Origin: an uncultured Ignavibacteriales bacterium
Lineage (GTDB): Bacteria > Zixibacteria > MSB-5A5 > GN15 > FEB-12
Assembly: GCA_964571235.1 (NCBI GenBank)
Contig: CAZNAI010000004.1
Span: 233,836 to 297,835, forward strand
DNA: 64,000 nucleotides
Direction of reading: 5' to 3'
Positions 39,112 to 46,926 of the stretch are shown piece by piece (the stretch's first letter is position 1; every line of letters starts with the position of its first letter). Below the pieces are notes generated by a model, which saw only the letters and a list, made by a program, of their open reading frames with translations, was not told the DNA's origin and did not search any database. A program made the translations under genes and the position numbers.

Positions 39112-39135
39112 CCGGGGGGGATCCCCGGCTTTTTT
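39112..39135 (+). terminator. Intrinsic terminator after small ORF
   Basis: CCGGGG/CCCCGG stem then T6. Confidence 0.7.
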
Positions 39136-39147
39136 GACCGCGTGAGA

Positions 39148-39175
39148 GTGCCGTCGGATGGGGAGATCCGACGGC
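39148..39175 (+). repeat. REP-like palindrome, family A (GTGCCGTC...GACGGC)
   Basis: GCCGTCGGAT-GGGGAG-ATCCGACGGC; related copy inverted at 40552-40579. Confidence 0.65.
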
Positions 39176-39225
39176 TTTGATATCTGTGGCTTGGAGTTCA
39201 AATAGTAAAGATCTATATTCGATAC

Positions 39226-39243
39226 CCCACAGCTTGCTGTGGG
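39226..39243. repeat. REP-like palindrome, family B (CCCA..GCTTGC..TGGG)
   Basis: CCCACAGC-TT-GCTGTGGG; related CCCAACGC-TT-GCGTTGGG at 40442-40459. Confidence 0.6.
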
Positions 39244-39283
39244 ACCGGTAATAGAAAAACGAAGTTGAATTCCGGATGCATAT

Positions 39284-40387
39284 TTGTCTCGTATGACTAG
39301 TCTTTGGCACAATGACTTGGCACGGCGCGGACTAGCGATTCTAATCTTGGCCGTTACCGTAGCATCGCCAGTAAGGGCGACTCCGCCCGAAATACCGATC
39401 CGCGAAATCAAAGACACAGCCAGATATTTCCACCTCATTCAAAAGACTAGAACTCATAGCTACATTCAGCCCTGGGAATGGATTCGCCTAAATTACTGCT
39501 GGTACAGACTTTCGACCCCAACAACAGGCGTTCAGGCAAGGGATAGTACGGCGGAGCTATCGCTTATCTACCTCCTACCAACTTCTCTGTTGCGCAACGG
39601 CACCAGATATGAGGTTGAGTTGAAATTCCTGTTCAGAAAAGAGAGCTGCATCAACGATGACAGCCTCCTAGCGTTTTGCAACGCGTTGCCATCGATGATT
39701 GAGGGAGCAGAGACTTCGAAAGAAGTATCGTTGTTTTTGCAGTTGACACGACCAGACGTCGTGGCCATCACATACCCCATGATCAAGTGGAGTTCTCAGC
39801 GTGACACGCTTATTTCTTGGCTGTCTCCTGACCTGTGTGACCAACACTTCTTCTCATTTCGGAGCCCCAACATCTTGACCCATTACAAGAAATACTTGGG
39901 AAGATGGAACTATCCCCAGACGGAGGAGTTCACAAGGAATACTACAATGCGATATGCGAGTCTCATGGGAGATCGCATGTGGGTTTCGTCGGGACCTGGC
40001 GTATACGGTGACTTTGAATACTTCGTGTCGTTTGAAGGTGTGTCCGTTGACAATTTCAGACTCAGGAACGGAAAGGGTTGGCAGAGTTTTGCAGAACTAA
40101 CTGCCGCCGATTCCCTTGCCCGGGGATTTCTCTCGTCAAATGGGTTTGCCGCTTGCACATTTGATACGTCTGTCGTTACCGGGTACGCAGTGAAACCATT
40201 CCGACCTAATCGCGGGTGCACTGCATGCGGCGATACGATTTACATTAGTTATCGATGCGCGTCGAGTGATGAACCCGTGGTCGTCGGGGTACAACTTATA
40301 GACAATTTGAGGCCGGGTTTTGTTGGATTCGTGGATACTTCAAAAGTTCGAGGATGGCTCGAAGACCCTCAACGGTCGAAGCGTTGA
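39284..40387 (+). CDS. Orphan secreted hypothetical protein
   Basis: 367-aa ORF; signal peptide ending VASPVRA; Cys-containing C-terminus; looks AT-richer than its neighbours. Confidence 0.7.
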   Translation: MSRMTSLWHNDLARRGLAILILAVTVASPVRATPPEIPIREIKDTARYFHLIQKTRTHSYIQPWEWIRLNYCWYRLSTPTTGVQARDSTAELSLIYLLPTSLLRNGTRYEVELKFLFRKESCINDDSLLAFCNALPSMIEGAETSKEVSLFLQLTRPDVVAITYPMIKWSSQRDTLISWLSPDLCDQHFFSFRSPNILTHYKKYLGRWNYPQTEEFTRNTTMRYASLMGDRMWVSSGPGVYGDFEYFVSFEGVSVDNFRLRNGKGWQSFAELTAADSLARGFLSSNGFAACTFDTSVVTGYAVKPFRPNRGCTACGDTIYISYRCASSDEPVVVGVQLIDNLRPGFVGFVDTSKVRGWLEDPQRSKR

Positions 40388-40402
40388 GCTCTACTGCGGG
40401 TT

Positions 40403-40654
40403 CAGTTTGTCGGTTCTCCGACTGACCTCCCTCCTTGGTGCCCCAACGCTTGCGTTGGGAGTGGATTCAGAGAAGAGAGCCCAACCGGAAGGTTGGGTTA
40501 CCAAGGAAGAAGATGGCGGGTTTTTATGACGAACCCTCCCCACAAGAAGAAGCCGTCAGGTGGAGGCGCCTGACGGCACAGTCCAATCAAGCACGTGGCG
40601 GGCGGGGACGACCGCCACGCAACGAAGGGGCAGACGAGGGCGTCTGCCGCCCAC
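40403..40654. repeat. Mosaic of six REP-like hairpins including a REPIN-like doublet
   Basis: Stems at 40409-22, 40442-59, 40480-97, 40552-77, 40594-619, 40629-48; CCTTGGT/ACCAAGG (40433/40506) closes a doublet. Confidence 0.7.
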
Positions 40655-40657
40655 AAA

Positions 40658-41107
40658 CTACGCCAATTGCGAGGTGCAATGGCCGCACTTCTTGGCGGAG
40701 ATCGGCACTGTCATCGCGCACTGAGGGCAGTCTTTGGTGGTCGGAGCGGCGGCTGGGGCCGGTTGCTCGCGCTTCATACGGTTCATCACTTTCACCATCA
40801 TGAAAATCGCAAACGCGACAATGATAAAGTTGATGATCGTATTTATGAACAAGCCGTAGTTGATTGTCACGGCGCCGGCGGCCTTCGCGGCGGCAACCGA
40901 CGCATACGGTCCCGCGGCCGCGCCTTCTTTGAGCGTCATGAATAGATTGGAAAAATCAACATTTCCCATCGCCAATCCGATCGGCGGCATGATGACATCG
41001 GAGACGAGTGATCCGACTATCGGGCCGAAGGCGGCGCCGATAATGATACCAATGGCCATGTCCATGACATTGCCGCGCATCGCGAATTCTTTGAATTCCT
41101 TTAACAC
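40658..41107 (-). CDS. mscL: Large-conductance mechanosensitive channel with C-terminal zinc ribbon
   Basis: [40 protein letters not shown]; CPQC..CGHC tail; GGAGG RBS. Confidence 0.96.
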   Translation of the reverse strand: MLKEFKEFAMRGNVMDMAIGIIIGAAFGPIVGSLVSDVIMPPIGLAMGNVDFSNLFMTLKEGAAAGPYASVAAAKAAGAVTINYGLFINTIINFIIVAFAIFMMVKVMNRMKREQPAPAAAPTTKDCPQCAMTVPISAKKCGHCTSQLA

Positions 41108-41138
41108 GTTTTCCTCCTCCAGTGAGGGTTAAGGTGAT

Positions 41139-42044
41139 CTACTTCGAAAACTTCCAGCTTAAGCCGAGGCCAAGTGTTTCCTTTATGCGGACTTCCGAAT
41201 CGATCTCTTTGTCATAGAGCAGTTGGAAGTAAAGCGTGGTCTGCAGATACTTGGTGATGCTTGCTCCGACCAGATGTTCCCAGTTCAAATCGACGGATTT
41301 CCAATTGCCCGCAGTGTCAAGGTCAGACTTTGAAAAGAAGAGCGCTTTGTATACAGAGAGCTTGCTGTTGTAGGTCACGCTCTTCGACAGTTGGGCTTTG
41401 AAGTCGGTCACCGATTCCAGGCCGCCGTCGTTAGTCGAGATCGATTTGGCGTCAACTACTTTGGTAATAATCTGACGCACCGCAAACCCGAGACGACTCT
41501 TGAGCGTGTACGACTTCGGGTCATCCTTAAACACGCGCAGTAAGCCGCCCGACTCGGTTAGTTTCATTGGGCTTAGGAACAGCTTCTTGGCAGGATTGGA
41601 GCCGTCGTAAAATTGAGTCTCGGTACGAAATGCCAGATACGGATCGACGACTTTCTGAAGCGTGAAGCGCAAGACCGATTCCAAGTCGATCAGGTCGGTC
41701 GACTTGGCCGGTTTGGACCATCGGGCGACCTCTTTATTCAGAGCGGAATCGAATACCCGAGATTGTGTCAGGGTCTGCCCGAAAGCCAGTTTCAGAACAG
41801 TAGTCGAATTGAGTTTGGGGGAGAGCTGTCGACCCGCCTCGGTTTGCGATGTAAAGGCCCAAGAGACAGAGCCGAGTTCACCCCCTGTCCAGTTGTCGCT
41901 GTACGCATTTTGGGTTGCGGTGAGGCCGGATGTAACGGTAATCCGCCAGGCGGTGTCGGCAATGATCGGTGTTTTGGGTGGCTCCTGTGCGGAGATGAAA
42001 GTTGCCGTGCAGAGTAGTGTGGCGGTGATGAGCCCGGCTTTCAT
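41139..42044 (-). CDS. DUF3078-like outer-membrane protein
   Basis: Signal peptide; QNAYSDNWTGG, LKLAFGQT, YDKEID; C-term LGLSWKF; AAGGAGG RBS. Confidence 0.8.
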   Translation of the reverse strand: MKAGLITATLLCTATFISAQEPPKTPIIADTAWRITVTSGLTATQNAYSDNWTGGELGSVSWAFTSQTEAGRQLSPKLNSTTVLKLAFGQTLTQSRVFDSALNKEVARWSKPAKSTDLIDLESVLRFTLQKVVDPYLAFRTETQFYDGSNPAKKLFLSPMKLTESGGLLRVFKDDPKSYTLKSRLGFAVRQIITKVVDAKSISTNDGGLESVTDFKAQLSKSVTYNSKLSVYKALFFSKSDLDTAGNWKSVDLNWEHLVGASITKYLQTTLYFQLLYDKEIDSEVRIKETLGLGLSWKFSK

Positions 42045-42161
42045 GTGGGGATCCTCCTTGATCGTCAGAAATGCGGTGGTGAAGTAGTTCACATTGTTGA
42101 ATCGTGAAAAAGTATTTACATTCCGGCCTTCTATGCAAGCTATTTTTCTCACACTCCGGAG

Positions 42162-43037
42162 TTGGCACAAATGACCAGATTTCTGTTGCTGTTCACCGTG
42201 GTTATCTGGGGGTGGACATTTGTCGCCACCCGCATATGCCTTGAATTTCTTTCCCCGGCCGAATTGCTCGGACTACGCTTGCTAATCGGTCTACCTGTAT
42301 TAGTGGTCGTTGTCATTCTCAAAAAGATCAAGTTCAGATTCACACCGGGCGAATGGAAACAGATCCTCATTGGATCAGCCGTGATCACCCTGCACTTTCT
42401 TGTTCAAATCACCGGCCTGCAATACACAACGGCTACTAATACTGGGTGGATTATTTCGGTCTCGCCGCTGGTGATGGCAGTGCTGGCTTTTTTCTTTCTG
42501 AAGGAAAAGATCGGAAAGAATCAAATCATCGCAATCGCCGTTGCCACCTTCGGCATTTTGCTCCTCATGTCGCACGGCGACCTGACTCACTTGGGGTTCT
42601 TGACCTCGCTCGGTGATTGGTTGGTTTTGATCTCAGCACACACTTGGGCGATTTACACGGTGGTGACACGTAATCTCTCAAAGACTCAACATCCGCTGGC
42701 AATAACCGTAGGTGTGTTGACACCTGCGCTAATCGTGATGACAGTGTATATGGCGTTCACTTCCGAATGGACCAAGTTCGCCCATCTTCCTGCCAAAGGC
42801 GTCGTAGCTCTGCTTTTTCTCGCGATTGTCGGACTGGCGCTGGGGCATTGGTTCTGGCAGGAGGGAGTGGCCAAGGTCGGAGCGGCTCGGGCAGGAATCT
42901 ACTTGTACTTAGAGCCGGTCGCAACCACTGCGCTTGCGATTCCGCTTCTGGGTGAGCCGTTCGGCTGGGTCGCGGCGGCGGGGGCCACACTTGTGCTACT
43001 CGGTGTGTACATCGGCCAGCGCACCAAATCAGCTTGA
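42162..43037 (+). CDS. EamA/DMT family transporter
   Basis: IWGWTF, GLQYTTA, WAIYT, YLEPV; about 10 TM helices. Confidence 0.92.
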   Translation: MAQMTRFLLLFTVVIWGWTFVATRICLEFLSPAELLGLRLLIGLPVLVVVVILKKIKFRFTPGEWKQILIGSAVITLHFLVQITGLQYTTATNTGWIISVSPLVMAVLAFFFLKEKIGKNQIIAIAVATFGILLLMSHGDLTHLGFLTSLGDWLVLISAHTWAIYTVVTRNLSKTQHPLAITVGVLTPALIVMTVYMAFTSEWTKFAHLPAKGVVALLFLAIVGLALGHWFWQEGVAKVGAARAGIYLYLEPVATTALAIPLLGEPFGWVAAAGATLVLLGVYIGQRTKSA

Positions 43038-43260
43038 TCAATCCAACAAGTGTGTGGTAATAATGAGGCCGCCGGTCACGGAACCAGCGGCCTGGCAGGT
43101 GAAGTATATCAAGAGGCGTTGAGTCTTGAAGGCCCGAATCCATCCGGGCAAAGCGCCTCGCGTATCAGCGGGTGGTCCTCTTTACTCACGATGCAGACAC
43201 CCTGCTGTCTTGAGAATAAGACGGTTTAATGGGGAGATTGTGTAATCGAAAGTGGCAAAG

Positions 43261-43764
43261 TCACCGTTCCATCGATCGAACAGCGCGGATAAGTTCGCCG
43301 GGGGACCGGAGCGACATTAGTTGATTCCGGAATGACTCATGCTGAAGCAGTTCCGCGAGGGCTTTGAATGCTTTTAGATAGAGCGTGTCATCATAGGGCG
43401 GCGCGGCCATGATGAAAAACAGGTGAACCGGGAGGCCGTCGAGCGAATCAAAGTCGTACCCTGCAGTCGAACGGGCAAAGGCGATAGTGAAATCTTTGGC
43501 CTGCATCGACCGAATGTGGGGGATAGCCACACCCAAACCGATGGCAGTAGTTGCCTTTTTTTCGCGGTTAACGAAGTCGAGCACCAGTTTGGTCTTGTTT
43601 CCGATACGGTTCCCCTGTTCGAGCAGGTCGACAAGTTCTTCGAGGATCTCGGCCTTGGCTCGCTGACGCCATTTATCGACCGAGGCACCGTTCACCGGCG
43701 GCTCGATGATCGTCGACATTTCGAGCTGAACACGCTCCTCGGACATATACCGCGACAATTGCAT
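43261..43764 (-). CDS. PTS EIIA-domain protein (PtsN/fructose-type), stand-alone
   Basis: REKKATTAIGLGVAIPH (phospho-His), DSLDGLPVHLFF. Confidence 0.9.
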   Translation of the reverse strand: MQLSRYMSEERVQLEMSTIIEPPVNGASVDKWRQRAKAEILEELVDLLEQGNRIGNKTKLVLDFVNREKKATTAIGLGVAIPHIRSMQAKDFTIAFARSTAGYDFDSLDGLPVHLFFIMAAPPYDDTLYLKAFKALAELLQHESFRNQLMSLRSPGELIRAVRSMER

Positions 43765-43973
43765 AATTCTAATATCGACTAAAGTCACCAAAATGAAAAC
43801 CAGTATATCGCCCCAATCAGAAGTGTGTCAAGCACCGGTCCAGAACGACTCCGACTTCGCATCGTATGAGCCCGCAATCTATTGGCTTTAAATGACTTGT
43901 GTCGGCTTCGCCTTGTGTCGCGGGAGGTTTGGGTGGTCAGGCGATTTTCAGTTTTCTATTAAATTGCGGTCTA

Positions 43974-44002
43974 TTGACAGTTTGGTCGATCACCCTTAGC
44001 TT
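43974..44002 (+). promoter_or_regulatory. sigma70-type promoter for aspS operon
   Basis: TTGACA-N17-TAGCTT. Confidence 0.65.
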
Positions 44003-44089
44003 ACGCCAAGATGAGTTCAATGCCGGCTCTCAATGATCTTCCAACATTACCGATAATCAATTATATATCATTAAGTTAAAAGGAAGTTT

Positions 44090-45910
44090 GTGCCCCCGTT
44101 TTCAGAACTGAAGCGAAATCGATCCTGTGGACAGCTCCGGGTAGCCGATATTGGCGCCGAAGTCCGGCTTAACGGCTGGGTGAATTCATACCGAAATCTT
44201 GGAGGGGTGCTTTTCCTCGATCTGCGTGACCGATACGGGATCACGCAAGTTACGCTCGATCCAAAACTCCTCGATCCGGGTCAATTTGCAGAGGCCGACC
44301 GCTCACGCTCGGAATTTGTAGTGGCCGTGAGGGGCGTAGTACAGCATCGGCCCGAAGGCACGTCCAATCCGAAGTTGTTGACCGGGGAAATAGAAGTGGC
44401 GGCGCGTGAGTTTTACATACTCTCTGAATCCAAGACGCCACCGTTTGAAATTGTCGACAGCGCCATCGCCAATGAACTGCTCCGCCTTGAATATCGCTAT
44501 CTCGATCTGAGACGCAAACCGCTTCAGGAGAATATGCGCATCAGGCACGAAACCGCCCTGGCAGTCCGCAATCATTTGTCGAGCGTAGGGTTCTTTGAAA
44601 TCGAAACCCCCCTGTTGATTCGATCTACCCCGGAAGGGGCGCGCGACTATGTGGTGCCGAGTCGGGTACAGAAAGGGAAATTCTACGCCCTACCGCAATC
44701 TCCGCAATTGCTCAAGCAGATTCTGATGGTATCCGGTTATGACAAATATTTCCAATTGGCCCGATGCCTGCGCGACGAGGATCTTCGTGCCGATCGCCAG
44801 CCGGAACACACTCAAATCGACCTGGAAATGTCGTACGTGACACCGGAAGATGTTTGGACAACAGTCGAGGGGATGCTCAGGGACCTGTTTGCCAAAGTTC
44901 TCGGTGTCTCAATAGAAACACCGTTCCCGCGCTTTAGCTACGATGAAGTGATGAACCGATGGGGGATCGACAAGCCGGACCTTCGGTTTGGTATGGAAAT
45001 ATGCGATCTCACCGAAATCGCCGGCCAATCGGGATTCAAAGTCTTTGTCGACAACGTTGCCGGCGGTGGAGTGGTGAAGGGGATTGTGCTCAAAGGTGGC
45101 GGCTCGTATTCGCGCAAGCAAGTCGACGATCTGACCGAGAAGGCCAAGTCGCTCGGGGCGGGCGGTCTGGCGTATGTCTTGCGCACCGAAACCGAAGACA
45201 AGTCACCGATACAGAAATTCATCGGTGAAGCCAACTTGAAGGCGCTCTGCGCCAAGGCCGGCGCAGACAAAGGCGACGCGCTCTTTATTGTTTCAGACAA
45301 GAAGCTCAAGACTGAAACGATTCTCGGGCAGTTGCGGCTCGGGTTGGGTCGCGAACATAAATTGATGAAACCCGGCGAGTTCAAGTGTCTTTGGGTAACG
45401 CAATTCCCGATGTTCGATTTCAATGAAGAAGCCGGGCGATTCGACGCCATGCACAACATTGTCTCGCATCCACGGTTTGAGGATTTGACTTTGATCGACG
45501 AAGGTTTCTCCTGCAAACTGCCCGGTACTGACCTGGAACATCCCTGGCGCAAAGCTCGAGCCCTGCAATACGATATTGTGGTGAACGGATGGGAAATCGG
45601 TTCTGGCGGCCAGCGGATCAATCGGCGAGATTTGCAGGAAAAGATCTTATCGATACTCGGAATTGACAATCAACGCGCCGACCGGATGTTCGGTTTTCTG
45701 CTCAGAGCGCTCGAATATGGGGCGCCACCCCATGCCGGTATCGGGATGGGATTGGACCGGCTTGTCACGCTCATGGTGGGCACCGATTCCATCCGCGATG
45801 TCATTGCCTTCCCAAAAACAGCGCAGGCGATATCGCTCATGGACAGCTCGCCCTCGCCGATCGAGCAGGATCAGCTCGACGAACTCGGTTTGGTGATTAA
45901 AGGAGAATAA
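44090..45910 (+). CDS. aspS: Aspartate--tRNA ligase
   Basis: FLDLRDRYG, RYLDLRR, TPEGARDY, PQSPQLLKQ, CLRDEDLRADRQPE, GAPPHAGIG.GLDR, IAFPKT. Confidence 0.98.
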   Translation: MPPFSELKRNRSCGQLRVADIGAEVRLNGWVNSYRNLGGVLFLDLRDRYGITQVTLDPKLLDPGQFAEADRSRSEFVVAVRGVVQHRPEGTSNPKLLTGEIEVAAREFYILSESKTPPFEIVDSAIANELLRLEYRYLDLRRKPLQENMRIRHETALAVRNHLSSVGFFEIETPLLIRSTPEGARDYVVPSRVQKGKFYALPQSPQLLKQILMVSGYDKYFQLARCLRDEDLRADRQPEHTQIDLEMSYVTPEDVWTTVEGMLRDLFAKVLGVSIETPFPRFSYDEVMNRWGIDKPDLRFGMEICDLTEIAGQSGFKVFVDNVAGGGVVKGIVLKGGGSYSRKQVDDLTEKAKSLGAGGLAYVLRTETEDKSPIQKFIGEANLKALCAKAGADKGDALFIVSDKKLKTETILGQLRLGLGREHKLMKPGEFKCLWVTQFPMFDFNEEAGRFDAMHNIVSHPRFEDLTLIDEGFSCKLPGTDLEHPWRKARALQYDIVVNGWEIGSGGQRINRRDLQEKILSILGIDNQRADRMFGFLLRALEYGAPPHAGIGMGLDRLVTLMVGTDSIRDVIAFPKTAQAISLMDSSPSPIEQDQLDELGLVIKGE

Positions 45911-45925
45911 ACGGCAAGGATCGCC

Positions 45926-46909
45926 ATGGCTAACTCGCACCCTGAAATCGCCAGTCGGACATTTTCTGTCGAGGGGGTCGATCAACGACTCCTGTTCGGC
46001 CAGGCCGATTCGTTCTTGCGGATAATTGAGTCCCGCTTCGACGCCCGTATCGTGGCGCGCGGCGATCGGGTGATGGTCGAGGGTTCGACCAAAGCAGTCG
46101 ATCAAGTCATCCAATTGCTGACCGATCTGGTCAAGCGGCTCAGCCGAGGCGACTACATCACCGATCAATATCTCAACTACGCGATTTCAATGGTTTTGGA
46201 AAACGGCCAGGGTCCAGCAGAGAGTATTTCCACAGAAGCGCTTTTGACCAGCGCCCTGAAAAAAGCAATCAAGCCCAAGACCATCGGTCAGACACGGTAT
46301 GTCGAAGCAGTCGACAAGCGCGACATCGTTTTTGCAATCGGCCCGGCCGGAACCGGCAAAACCTATCTCGCAGTCGCCATGGCTGTCGCAGAACTGAAAG
46401 CCAAACGGGTCAATCGAATTGTATTTACCAGGCCGGCGGTCGAGGCAGGGGAGTCGCTTGGATTTTTGCCCGGAGATATTCGCGCCAAAGTTGATCCGTA
46501 TTTGCGGCCGGTATACGACGCCTTATACGACATGATGCAACCGGACAAGATTCGGGGACTTCTGGAGGTCGGCATCATCGAAATCGCCCCCCTTGCATTT
46601 ATGCGCGGGCGCACGCTCAACGAAGCATTTGTAGTTCTGGATGAGGCGCAAAACACCACCAGCGCACAGATGAAGATGTTCCTCACCCGCATCGGCGAGA
46701 AATCCAAAGCAGTGATTACCGGCGATATTACGCAGATTGATCTGCCGGATAAGCACACTTCGGGGCTGGTTAGAGTCCAGAAGATTCTCTCAGGCATTGA
46801 CGGCATCGAATTTGTATATCTGACCGAAAAAGATGTGATCAGACATCGGCTGGTGCAGAGCATCATAAAGGCGTACGAGCGTCACGAGACGAGCCGGCGG
46901 AAACAATAG
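45926..46909 (+). CDS. phoH: PhoH-family ATPase (YbeZ-like)
   Basis: GPAGTGKTYLA, RPAVEAGESLGFLPG, RGRTL, DEAQN, GDITQIDLP. Confidence 0.95.
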   Translation: MANSHPEIASRTFSVEGVDQRLLFGQADSFLRIIESRFDARIVARGDRVMVEGSTKAVDQVIQLLTDLVKRLSRGDYITDQYLNYAISMVLENGQGPAESISTEALLTSALKKAIKPKTIGQTRYVEAVDKRDIVFAIGPAGTGKTYLAVAMAVAELKAKRVNRIVFTRPAVEAGESLGFLPGDIRAKVDPYLRPVYDALYDMMQPDKIRGLLEVGIIEIAPLAFMRGRTLNEAFVVLDEAQNTTSAQMKMFLTRIGEKSKAVITGDITQIDLPDKHTSGLVRVQKILSGIDGIEFVYLTEKDVIRHRLVQSIIKAYERHETSRRKQ

Positions 46910-46926
46910 CGCGCGCGAGCCGCTGT

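Noticed and set aside
43038-43260. Small ORF or ncRNA between the EamA and PTS IIA genes
   Set aside because: No RBS-supported ORF and no convincing structure.
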